From the NCBI GenBank assembly GCA_002327725.1, contig DCXP01000006.1, forward strand, positions 19,480 through 83,479: 64,000 nt of DNA. Direction: 5' to 3'. Within the stretch, counting starts at the first letter, position 1, and every line of letters begins with the position of its first letter. The stretch is from Proteobacteria bacterium UBA2133. GTDB lineage: Bacteria; Pseudomonadota; Gammaproteobacteria; Arenicellales; UBA868. Below are positions 9,423 to 18,274 of the stretch, one piece after another. The position numbers and the translations under genes were made by a program. A model generated the notes under the pieces. That model was not told the DNA's origin and ran no database searches. It saw only the letters and a program-made list of their open reading frames with translations.

Positions 9423-10690
9423 CCATCATCCCCTCGAAGAAAGCCACCAACCCGCAACCAACCCGCCGGCTCTCCTGGCTCTGCTGGGCTGTGCTGTCTG
9501 CGGTGATGCTGGCGGCCGGCCTGGTGCTGGCGCCAGAGCAGATTGATACCCGCAGGTGGTCGCGCCAGGATATCTGGGGGATAGACCGGACCCTGATCCG
9601 ACGCACCCTGAGTCCTGAAATCAATCAGAACGGTTACCCAAAGAAGATCGTCATCTACCGGGACGGTACCGGATACCAGGCCATGGTCGAATACACCATC
9701 GACCCAGACCTGCAGCAGGCAGTCACTGAGGTTTTTGAGAAATACAGCCCCGATTACGGCGTGTTCGTCGCGCTTGACCCCGAAACCGGTGAAATCTTGG
9801 CGCTCGTGAATCACCAGCGACGGGGCATCAGCGACCAAAACCTTGCGCTCAGGGCCACCTACCCGGCGGCCTCGGTCTTCAAGATCATTACCGCGGCGGC
9901 CGTTCTTGATCTCGGCAAAGCCACCCCGGCCACGGTGATGCCCTTTAACGGCAAGACAACCAGCCTGTACCGAAAAAATGTCCTCAAGCACAAGGACAAC
10001 CAGTGGACCCGCCGCTACCCGCTGTCGAGCGCCTTTGGCAAGTCCGTGAATACCGTGTTCGCCCGGCTGGGCATATTTTCCGTCGGTGGCGAAACTCTGG
10101 TCGATTATGCCGAGGCCTTCGGATTCAATCAGGGTCTCGGTGCTGATTTTGCACTTGCGCCAAGCCAGCTTGAACTCGATGGGAATGATCCCTGGTCGAT
10201 TGCCGAAATCGCCTCAGGCTACACCCGGAGCACGACGCTTTCTCCTGTACACGGCGCTGTCATTGCAGCGGTGGCTATCAACGGTGGGCGTCTCGTGACC
10301 CCTTCGCTGGTACGAAAGGTCGTGGACGACGACGGCTTGATTCTCTATGCTTCAGAGACTGCCCGTACCCGCCCGGTCGTCAGCCACGATGCCGCCCGCA
10401 ATCTGCAGGTATTGATGCGCCAGACCGTATCCAAGGGGTCTGCCAGTGGGTCCTTTAAAAAGTTTGGCCGTAACGGGTTGCGCTCTGTCGACGTCGGCGG
10501 CAAAACCGGCAGTCTCACGGGAGAGAACCCCGGAGGACGATATGACTGGTTCGTCGGTTATGCGCAAAAAGACGGGCGCAAACTCGCGTTTGCCGCCATG
10601 TGTATTAACGAGGAATTCTGGTATGTAAAATCAGCCTACGTCGCCCGAAAAGCCATCGAGCACTTCTTTCGTCGGCAGGGCAAGGACTAG
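9419..10690 (+). CDS. Penicillin-binding protein, transpeptidase domain (compact, single TM)
   Basis: SxxK (ASVFK), SxN (KSVN), KTG (GGKTGS) and WFVGYA motifs; GTGA overlap with the J-protein stop. Confidence 0.9.
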   Translation: MTIIPSKKATNPQPTRRLSWLCWAVLSAVMLAAGLVLAPEQIDTRRWSRQDIWGIDRTLIRRTLSPEINQNGYPKKIVIYRDGTGYQAMVEYTIDPDLQQAVTEVFEKYSPDYGVFVALDPETGEILALVNHQRRGISDQNLALRATYPAASVFKIITAAAVLDLGKATPATVMPFNGKTTSLYRKNVLKHKDNQWTRRYPLSSAFGKSVNTVFARLGIFSVGGETLVDYAEAFGFNQGLGADFALAPSQLELDGNDPWSIAEIASGYTRSTTLSPVHGAVIAAVAINGGRLVTPSLVRKVVDDDGLILYASETARTRPVVSHDAARNLQVLMRQTVSKGSASGSFKKFGRNGLRSVDVGGKTGSLTGENPGGRYDWFVGYAQKDGRKLAFAAMCINEEFWYVKSAYVARKAIEHFFRRQGKD

Positions 10691-10725
10691 TATCCACACC
10701 AGCGTGATCACCATGGAGTTCACCC

Positions 10726-11604
10726 TTGCAGCAATACCTTGATGTCATCCGCCGAGTCCTTGAGTCCGGTCACCGCAAAACCAACCGCACCGGTGTCGAC
10801 ACCCTCTCGACCTTTAACGTCAACTATCAGATCGATCTGCGGGAAGGATTTCCGCTTCTGACCACTAAGGAAATCTCATGGAAAAACATTGTCGTTGAGA
10901 ACCTATGGTTTCTCTCAGGTGATACCCGCATCGATTTGCTGCGCAAACACGGCTGCCGCTTCTGGGAACCATGGGCGGACGACAACGGGCTTGTGCCAAG
11001 CGCCTATGGCAACTTCTGGCGCAACTTTCCCGTGCATGAAAACGGCGAAGCGACTTTTAATGACCAGATCCGCTACGTCATTAACGAACTCAAGGAGCGG
11101 CCCCAAAGCCGCCGCCTGGTCGTCTCGGCATGGGCACCGGGCAACGCTCAGACCAGCGCGCTGCCGCCCTGTCATGCCTTCTGGGTACTCAACGTCCAGC
11201 AGGATCAACGTCGCGAGCCGTTACTGTGCCTGCACCTGACGCAGCGCAGTTGTGACGTGGCGCTGGGACTGCCTTACAACATCGCCGGTTATGCGTTTTT
11301 GCTCGAGCTGATCTCGCGCTTTACCGGTATCAAAGCGGGGTACTTCGGCCACACCCTGATCGACGCCCATATCTACACTGCCAAGCCCGATGGCTCGATG
11401 GCAGAGTACGACCATATCCCGGGGCTTGAAGAGCAACTCACGCGCGACCCACGGGGGCTGCCGCGCCTTGAAATCAGTCCCGATATTCAGGCCCTGGAGG
11501 ATGTTACCGCACTGCTCGAGGCCGATACCGAATCACTGCTGCAGATTTTCCGCCTGCACGATTACCAACCTCACCGCGCGCTCACCTTTAAAGTCGCTGT
11601 GTAA
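10726..11604 (+). CDS. thyA: Thymidylate synthase
   Basis: RRLVVSAW, LPPCH catalytic Cys, TQRSCD, GLPYNIAGY, DAHIY; TTG start after GGAG. Confidence 0.96.
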   Translation: MQQYLDVIRRVLESGHRKTNRTGVDTLSTFNVNYQIDLREGFPLLTTKEISWKNIVVENLWFLSGDTRIDLLRKHGCRFWEPWADDNGLVPSAYGNFWRNFPVHENGEATFNDQIRYVINELKERPQSRRLVVSAWAPGNAQTSALPPCHAFWVLNVQQDQRREPLLCLHLTQRSCDVALGLPYNIAGYAFLLELISRFTGIKAGYFGHTLIDAHIYTAKPDGSMAEYDHIPGLEEQLTRDPRGLPRLEISPDIQALEDVTALLEADTESLLQIFRLHDYQPHRALTFKVAV

Positions 11605-11609
11605 CGTGC

Positions 11610-12098
11610 ATGACGCCAGCTGAAGGGGGAGCCACGCGAGCCGCTATCGTCGCCATGGCATCCGATCGCGTCATCGGCCGTGACGGTACGCTTCCCTGGC
11701 ACTATGGCGAGGATTTGAAACGCTTTAAACGCCTGACACTGGGCTCGACCATTGTCATGGGCAGAAACACTTTCGAGTCCATTGGCGCCAAACCGCTGCC
11801 GCAACGCGACAACCGCGTGGTCACCCGGTCCCGTTTTGACAACGTCGCCTGTTTTAAATCGCTCGAATCTGCCATCGCCGGTTGCCGGGGGAATATCTGG
11901 TTTATCGGCGGTGCCAAACTTTATGCAGCCGCGCTCGATTACTGCGACTTCATCGACATCACCTGGGTACCCGACACCGTCTCGGGAGAACACCTCGTCT
12001 ACTTTCCGGAACTTGACGAAACACACTGGCGCGAAGGTCCCCGCACACCGCTAGAAGAAGATAACCGTCTGATTTATCAGCGGTTTTACCGGCGTTAG
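11610..12098 (+). CDS. folA: Dihydrofolate reductase
   Basis: VIGRDGTLPW, EDLKRFK, MGRNTFESIG, IGGAKLY; directly after thyA. Confidence 0.96.
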   Translation: MTPAEGGATRAAIVAMASDRVIGRDGTLPWHYGEDLKRFKRLTLGSTIVMGRNTFESIGAKPLPQRDNRVVTRSRFDNVACFKSLESAIAGCRGNIWFIGGAKLYAAALDYCDFIDITWVPDTVSGEHLVYFPELDETHWREGPRTPLEEDNRLIYQRFYRR

Positions 12099-14282
12099 GT
12101 GATGGATGTCTCGCCCATTTTCGATGCCTTAAACGATGCCCAGCGCGAGGCGGTAGGCGCCCCGCCTGGGCCGATGCTGGTCCTCGCCGGTGCCGGCAGC
12201 GGCAAAACCCGGGTACTGACCTACCGCATCGCCTATCTGGTGCAGGCGCTTGAAACCTCACCCTACGCGATCCTGGCGGTGACCTTCACCAACAAGGCCG
12301 CCAACGAGATGCGAAAACGTATCGAGGGCTTTTTAGGGTTTTCGGTACGGGGAATGTGGATCGGCACTTTTCATGGTCTGTCACACCGTATCCTGCGCGA
12401 TCATCATGAAATGGCCGGCCTCCCGAGCGGCTTTGAGATCCTGGATTCGGATGATCAGTACCGCGTAATCCGGCGTGCCCTGAAAGAGCTTAGTCTGGAT
12501 GAAGGTTACTGGCCGCCGCGCCAGGTCCAGTGGTTCATCAACAGTCAAAAAGAAGAAGGTCGCCGGCCGTCCCACGTGCGGGATACCGGGGACAGCCATC
12601 AGCAGACGCTGATCCGGGTCTACACCCATTACGAGGAGACCTGCCAGCGCCTGGGGCTGGTGGATTTTGCCGAACTGTTGCTGCGCACACTCGAACTTCT
12701 GGAGCAAAACCCCTCGCTGCTCGGCAACTACCAGCAGCGCTTCAAACATATCCTGGTGGATGAGTTTCAGGACAGCAACGCCATCCAGTACCGCTGGCTG
12801 AAATTACTGGCCGGGGCGCATGCACAGATCACAGCCGTGGGAGATGATGATCAGTCGATTTACGGCTGGCGGGGCGCCCGGGTCGAGAACATGAACCAGC
12901 TGCAGCAGGATTTTTCGGGGACCAAGGTGGTTCGCCTTGAACAGAACTACCGCTCCACCGGGAATATCCTGAATGCCGCCAACGCCGTAATTGACCAGAA
13001 CACCGGACGGCTCGGCAAGAATCTCTGGACCGAGGGCGACGACGGCGAGCCGATCCGGATTTACGGCGCCCTGGACGAACTGGATGAGGGGCGTTTTGTG
13101 ATTGACCGGATTGCGGCGTGGCAGGGTCAGGGCCGGCGGCGTGACAGTATCGGCGTGCTGTACCGCTCCAATGCCCAGTCGCGCGTTTTTGAGGAGCTGC
13201 TGCTATCCCAGGGCATTCCCTACCGCGTGTATGGGGGACTGCGCTTTTTTGAGCGTGCCGAGATCAAGGACGCCCTCGCCTACCTGCGGCTGGTCACCAA
13301 TCGTGACTCCGACCCGGCATTTGAGCGGGTGGTTAACGTGCCGCCGCGCGGTATCGGTGCGCGTACGGTAGAGATCGTGCGCCAGCAGGCCCGCACCGAC
13401 GGCTCATCACTATGGACCGGCGCAATAACCCTGAGCGAGTCCGATACCCTGCCCGGCCGGGCCAAAAGCGCCCTTGGTACCTTCATCACGCTGATTGAAC
13501 AACTGGCGCGGGATATAGCCGATCACGACCTGCCCGAAAAGATTGATCTCGCCATCAGCGCCAGCGGTCTGACTGATCACTATCGCAAGGAACGCGGCGA
13601 AAAAGCCATCACGCGCGTTGAAAACCTGGAAGAACTGGTCAGCGCCGGGCGCAACTTTGAATCTGAAGCAGGTAGTGATGACGAGGTCGATGAGCTCTCG
13701 GATTTTCTCGCACACGCGGCGCTTGAAGCCGGAGAGGGTCAGGCGGCCGAATGGGAGGACTGCGTACAGCTGATGAGCCTGCATTCGGCCAAGGGTCTGG
13801 AGTTTCCCCTGGTGTTCCTCTGCGGCATGGAAGAGGGCCTGTTTCCCCATCAGCGCTCGCTGGATGAGCCGGGCGGCCTCGAAGAAGAGCGCCGGCTCTG
13901 TTATGTCGGCATGACGCGGGCCATGGAGCAGCTCTACCTGACCTGCGCGGAGGTCCGGCGCCTGCACGGGCGCGAAACCTCCACCAGTCCGTCGCGCTTT
14001 CTCTCGGAGATACCTGAAGATCTCATCGAGGATGTCCGGGCCGGCGCCGGCCTTGCCACCCGAACCATAAAACACGAGCGCCGCGAAACCGTCCCGTCAA
14101 CGACCGCCGCCAGGCCCGGCGGGGAGATCCGCCTGGGCGGTCTGGTCCGGCACACGAAGTTCGGCACCGGGACGGTGGTGATGGTGGAAGGGCAGGGAGA
14201 ACACGCCCGGGTGCAGGTGCGCTTTGAGCAAGCCGGCAGCAAATGGCTGGTATTGGCCTATGCCAACCTTGAGGACTGCTGA
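12099..14282 (+). CDS. uvrD: DNA helicase II
   Basis: AGAGSGKT Walker A, VTFTNKAA, LVDEFQD, VGDDDQSIYGWRGA, LEQNYRS, EERRLCYVGMTRA, C-terminal tudor-like domain; start GTG 12099 or ATG 12102. Confidence 0.97.
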   Translation: MMDVSPIFDALNDAQREAVGAPPGPMLVLAGAGSGKTRVLTYRIAYLVQALETSPYAILAVTFTNKAANEMRKRIEGFLGFSVRGMWIGTFHGLSHRILRDHHEMAGLPSGFEILDSDDQYRVIRRALKELSLDEGYWPPRQVQWFINSQKEEGRRPSHVRDTGDSHQQTLIRVYTHYEETCQRLGLVDFAELLLRTLELLEQNPSLLGNYQQRFKHILVDEFQDSNAIQYRWLKLLAGAHAQITAVGDDDQSIYGWRGARVENMNQLQQDFSGTKVVRLEQNYRSTGNILNAANAVIDQNTGRLGKNLWTEGDDGEPIRIYGALDELDEGRFVIDRIAAWQGQGRRRDSIGVLYRSNAQSRVFEELLLSQGIPYRVYGGLRFFERAEIKDALAYLRLVTNRDSDPAFERVVNVPPRGIGARTVEIVRQQARTDGSSLWTGAITLSESDTLPGRAKSALGTFITLIEQLARDIADHDLPEKIDLAISASGLTDHYRKERGEKAITRVENLEELVSAGRNFESEAGSDDEVDELSDFLAHAALEAGEGQAAEWEDCVQLMSLHSAKGLEFPLVFLCGMEEGLFPHQRSLDEPGGLEEERRLCYVGMTRAMEQLYLTCAEVRRLHGRETSTSPSRFLSEIPEDLIEDVRAGAGLATRTIKHERRETVPSTTAARPGGEIRLGGLVRHTKFGTGTVVMVEGQGEHARVQVRFEQAGSKWLVLAYANLEDC

Positions 14283-14336
14283 TCCCGGTGCGCAAGCCCC
14301 GGTCATGGCAGCCCGGGCGGCGAACCACCGCGCGGT

Positions 14337-14882
14337 TCAGGCTTTCGCTGATGGCTTGGTCAGTTTTGCCAATGACTTTTGAGCCTTTGCCGAGACCGAT
14401 TTCCGCCCGTCGTCTTGCAGCCCGTTAAGGAACGGCATCAGCCACCGGCGAAGGCTCGCATCTTCTCTCGCCCACTCGCTCAGTGTATCCATGGTCATGT
14501 TGAGCACAATCCAGTCCGAAGCGTGGGCGATGCTCTTTTTCAGAATTTTCTTCGCCTGGCTGAGCTGCGCACCAGACATGTCTTCTTTCAGCCGAGCGAA
14601 AAGCTGGGCCAGCGTCCAGTGCACCGAGGGCTGAGGGATTTTCGAGACCTCGTTGAGCAGTTGATCCAGATACGGCACCAACAAGGCTTTGTTCTCCCTG
14701 GCAATGCGCTTCATCGCATTAGAGGTGCGCAGGCGCACCACCTCATCGTCACTGCGGTAGCAATCAAAAAGCTCCCCGAATCGCTCGGGCTTTTTCAAAA
14801 CCGCTTCGACCACGGCCACGGTATCACCCAGAGAATTGGGATGACCGCCTGTCAGGCGCTCTTCAAAGTTTCTCTTTTTCAT
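14337..14882 (-). CDS. Hypothetical all-helical (HEAT/ARM-like) protein
   Basis: 181-aa ORF co-oriented with and just downstream of ubiA; repeated amphipathic helices (VVRLRTSNAMKRIAR, VHWTLAQLF, WIVLNMTMDTL). Confidence 0.65.
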   Translation of the reverse strand: MKKRNFEERLTGGHPNSLGDTVAVVEAVLKKPERFGELFDCYRSDDEVVRLRTSNAMKRIARENKALLVPYLDQLLNEVSKIPQPSVHWTLAQLFARLKEDMSGAQLSQAKKILKKSIAHASDWIVLNMTMDTLSEWAREDASLRRWLMPFLNGLQDDGRKSVSAKAQKSLAKLTKPSAKA

Positions 14883-14903
14883 CCTCGCGTTGATCTCAAA
14901 TCT

Positions 14904-15764
14904 TCAAACCCTCAAGAGATACGCCAGCCAAAGCCCGGCAAACACAAAACCGCCGAACCAGATGTTATTCAAAAACGCTTTGAAACATTTTCTGCGGTCA
15001 CGGTCTTTGCAAAGCTGGTACTGATAGACCACCGTGAGCGCAGCGGCTGCGAGACCTGCATAAAACACCGCCCCCAAATTCAGGGTATGGCCAATCAGGG
15101 CGAGATTCCCGAGCGCCAGCGCCTGCAGGAAGGCGTTGATCGCGAGCTCACGCCGGCCAAAGAGAATCGCGGTGGATTTGATGCCTGCCTTCAGGTCATC
15201 GGGTCGATCTGCCATGGCGTACATCGTGTCATAAGCAACCGTCCACAAAAGATTGGCAATCAGCAGCCACCAGGCAAGTGGCATCAGCGGGCTGTCCTGC
15301 GCCGTAAATGCCATGGGTATCCCCCAGGAGAACGCCACGCCGAGATAGACCTGCGGCAGATGGGTGAAGCGCTTGGCCAGGGGATAGCTTGCAGCGATTA
15401 CAGCGCCGGCCACCGCAAGCAACAAAGTCTGGCGATTAAGGAGCAGCACCAGGAACAGGGCCAGGATCATCAACACAATGAAAACCACCAGCGCCTCGCG
15501 CACCGTGACGGCACCGCTTGCGAGCGGGCGTTCGCGGGTGCGCTCGACCAGTGGATCAAGATCACGGTCAAGAATATCGTTGATGACACAGCCTGCCGCC
15601 CGCATCGTGATGACCCCGAGTACAAAAATAACCACGATGCCCGGGCGCGGATGCCCGTCGGACGCGACCCAAAGCGCCCACAGGGTCGGCCACAGCAACA
15701 GCAGCCAGCCGACCGGCTTGTCGAGGCGCGCCAACCGCCAGTATTGAATCCACTTTTCAGGCAT
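14904..15764 (-). CDS. ubiA: 4-hydroxybenzoate polyprenyltransferase
   Basis: LARLDKPVGWLLLLWP, AGCVINDILDRDLD, VERTRERPLASG, YDTMYAMADRPDD; ATG at 15764 overlaps the recG stop. Confidence 0.96.
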   Translation of the reverse strand: MPEKWIQYWRLARLDKPVGWLLLLWPTLWALWVASDGHPRPGIVVIFVLGVITMRAAGCVINDILDRDLDPLVERTRERPLASGAVTVREALVVFIVLMILALFLVLLLNRQTLLLAVAGAVIAASYPLAKRFTHLPQVYLGVAFSWGIPMAFTAQDSPLMPLAWWLLIANLLWTVAYDTMYAMADRPDDLKAGIKSTAILFGRRELAINAFLQALALGNLALIGHTLNLGAVFYAGLAAAALTVVYQYQLCKDRDRRKCFKAFLNNIWFGGFVFAGLWLAYLLRV

Positions 15765-17832
15765 GTGAAAAAGCAAGACCTGCCCGGAGCCACCGTGCCA
15801 CCAGCGGTACGACCTGTTCTGGTTGGTCTCGAAGCAAGGCGGTGGCTGCACGCTGCACCGCCGGCAGCAAGGCCCGGTCCCGGGCCAGGTCAGCAATCCG
15901 AAACTGCGGTGCACCGCTTTGGCGCGTGCCCAGCAGTTCGCCGGGACCTCGAAGTTCCAGATCTTTCTGGGCGATGGCAAATCCATCGCTCGTCTGGCGC
16001 AGCGTCGCGAGACGCTCTTTGGCCGTGCTCCCAAGGGGTCCCTGATACATCAGCACGCAGACCGACTGGCGATCCCCCCGGCCGACGCGGCCGCGCAGCT
16101 GGTGCAGCTGCGAAAGCCCAAGCCGCTCGGCATTTTCTATCACCATCAAAGACGCTTCCGGCACATCAACACCGACTTCGATCACCGTGGTCGCCACCAG
16201 CACGTCGACCTTGCCCGACCGGAAGGCTTCCATGATCTGATCCTTTTCGGCGGGAGGAATGCGGCCGTGCAGCAGTGCGATGCGAAGCTCGGGCAACTCG
16301 GCCTTGAGCGCCTCGGCGCGGCTGCTGGCGGCCTGCACCGCCAGGGCATCGGAATCTTCGATCAGCGGACACACCCAGTACGCGCGGCGCTCGCGGGCGC
16401 AGGCTTCGCGAATCCGTTCCTGTACGGCTTCACGGCGCGTATTCGGCAAGACCACGGTCTCCACCGGCTGGCGCCCCGGCGGCATCTCATCAATGACAGA
16501 GATATCCATGTCCGCATACATGACCATGGTCAGCGAACGCGGGATCGGGGTCGCACTCATGATCAACTGGTGCGGGACATGCTGATCGGTCTGACCTTTA
16601 TCCCGCAATGCCAGACGCTGGGCGACGCCGAAGCGGTGCTGCTCATCGACGACCACAAGGCCCAGCCGCTGGTAGGCGACATCATCCTGAAAAAGCGCGT
16701 GCGTCCCTACCGCGATCTTTGCCTCACCGCTCGCCAGTTGGGCGCAGACGGCTTTGCGCTCGCGCTGTCCCATCCGTCCGCTGAGCCACACCGGCTGCAT
16801 CCCGAGTGGCGCGAACCAGCGGCCCAGCACACCGAGATGCTGCTCCGCCAGAAGCTCTGTCGGTGCCATGACAACAGCCTGCTGACCGGCTTCCACCGCA
16901 GCCAGCACCGCAGCCGCTGCAACCACGGTTTTTCCACAGCCGACATCACCCTGCAGCAACCGCAGCGAGGGCTGGGCCTTGCCCATGTCAGTCACGATCT
17001 CGGCAACGCTGTGCTGCTGGGCTCCGGTCAGCGCAAACCCCAGCTGCTCTTGAAGTTTCGGCCAGAGTTCCGCCGATGGCGGGATTGGGGTCGCGGTCTG
17101 TGCGCCGCGGCGCTGGCGGCGCTGGCGCAGCGCCAGGTGATGCGCCAGCATCTCCTCAAAAGCAAGCCGGCGCTGAGCCGGGTGGGCGCCGTCGCGCAGG
17201 GTCTCGAGATCAACCTCGGGCGATGGACGGTGCAGCAGCAGCAGTGCTTCCGACAGCGCCAGGTCGCTAAACTCCGCGGCACACGCCTCGCTAAGCAACT
17301 CGGGTATCCCCCCGGCGCATAAGCCAAGCGCCTGATCCGTAAGGTCACGCCAGCGCCGCTGGCCGATGCCTTCGGTGGTGGGATATACCGGAGTCAGCGC
17401 CGTTTCAACGGTCACATCCTGCAGTCCTCCCAGGACGCGATACTCCGGATGCACCATTTCAAGGCCGGCAGGCCCTGCCCGGACCTCACCATAACACTGG
17501 ATAAACCCACCGCGGTTAAGGCCGCGCGCCTGGGTGGCGCTGAAATGGAACTGGCGCATCGTCAGACGCCCGGTATCGTCCGAGATCACCGTCATCAGGC
17601 TGCGGCGGCGGCCGTAACGGACGCCACTCACCTCAATCCTGCCAGCGATCAGCGCCTCGGTGCCCGGGCGCAGTTCACCGATCGCAGCGAGTCGGGTTCT
17701 GTCCTGGTAACGCAGCGGCAGATGGAACAATAGGTCCGCAACGGTAGATATCCCTAAGCCCTCGAGTTTTTCCGCCAGCTGGGGGCCAACGCCCTTGAGG
17801 ACACCGACCGACGCCTGCGCAGTCGCATCCAT
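15757..17832 (-). CDS. recG: ATP-dependent DNA helicase RecG
   Basis: LLQGDVGCGKT, VVVDEQHRFGV, MSATPIPRSL, QLHQLRGRVGRG, KDLELRGPGELLG. Confidence 0.98.
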   Translation of the reverse strand: MDATAQASVGVLKGVGPQLAEKLEGLGISTVADLLFHLPLRYQDRTRLAAIGELRPGTEALIAGRIEVSGVRYGRRRSLMTVISDDTGRLTMRQFHFSATQARGLNRGGFIQCYGEVRAGPAGLEMVHPEYRVLGGLQDVTVETALTPVYPTTEGIGQRRWRDLTDQALGLCAGGIPELLSEACAAEFSDLALSEALLLLHRPSPEVDLETLRDGAHPAQRRLAFEEMLAHHLALRQRRQRRGAQTATPIPPSAELWPKLQEQLGFALTGAQQHSVAEIVTDMGKAQPSLRLLQGDVGCGKTVVAAAAVLAAVEAGQQAVVMAPTELLAEQHLGVLGRWFAPLGMQPVWLSGRMGQRERKAVCAQLASGEAKIAVGTHALFQDDVAYQRLGLVVVDEQHRFGVAQRLALRDKGQTDQHVPHQLIMSATPIPRSLTMVMYADMDISVIDEMPPGRQPVETVVLPNTRREAVQERIREACARERRAYWVCPLIEDSDALAVQAASSRAEALKAELPELRIALLHGRIPPAEKDQIMEAFRSGKVDVLVATTVIEVGVDVPEASLMVIENAERLGLSQLHQLRGRVGRGDRQSVCVLMYQGPLGSTAKERLATLRQTSDGFAIAQKDLELRGPGELLGTRQSGAPQFRIADLARDRALLPAVQRAATALLRDQPEQVVPLVARWLRAGLAFSHA

Positions 17833-17855
17833 CGCGCAACTCTCTGCCGCCGCGG

Positions 17856-18245
17856 CTAATCGGGCAGGTGTGCTATTGCCTCCACCTCGACCGGTGCCCC
17901 CTTGGGCAAGGCTGCGACCGCGACCGTGGCCCGCGAGGGAAATGGCGCTTGGAAATACTCGGCCATAACCGCGTTGACCCTGGCGAACTGCTCCAGATCA
18001 ACGAGATAAATGGTGAGTTTGACGATATTCCCAAAGGTGCCCCCGGCCGAGTGCATCACCGCAGCAAGATTGTCGAACACCCGTCTCGTCTGCGCCTCGA
18101 TGTCTCCGCTGACAAGTTCCATCGTCGCCGGGTCCAGCGGTATCTGCCCCGAGAGATAAACGGTGTCGTCAACGCGCACGGCTTGTGAGTATGGGCCGAT
18201 TGCGTCAGGCGCCTGATCACTGTGAATGGGCTGGTTTGCAGTCAT
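17856..18245 (-). CDS. ridA: RidA family enamine/imine deaminase
   Basis: [45 protein letters not shown]. Confidence 0.92.
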   Translation of the reverse strand: MTANQPIHSDQAPDAIGPYSQAVRVDDTVYLSGQIPLDPATMELVSGDIEAQTRRVFDNLAAVMHSAGGTFGNIVKLTIYLVDLEQFARVNAVMAEYFQAPFPSRATVAVAALPKGAPVEVEAIAHLPD

Positions 18246-18274
18246 GAAACTTTCCTTATCAGATGATGTTCACT

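Noticed and set aside
10690-10698. GTATCCACA, DnaA-box-like, upstream of thyA
   Set aside because: Single copy with a mismatch at the first position, overlapping the PBP stop codon; expected by chance.
15757-15770. Absence of ubiC between recG and ubiA as a sign of a novel 4-hydroxybenzoate route
   Set aside because: Absence from one window says nothing about the genome; ubiC or an alternative may be elsewhere.
14379-17322. Very long plus-strand ORFs (618 aa at 14379-16235, 499 aa at 15823-17322)
   Set aside because: Antisense shadows of ubiA/recG in GC-rich DNA; no motifs and Arg/Pro/Ala-biased composition. The same applies to 5283-6563, 23011-23949, 25192-26181, 48648-49967 and 61717-62580.
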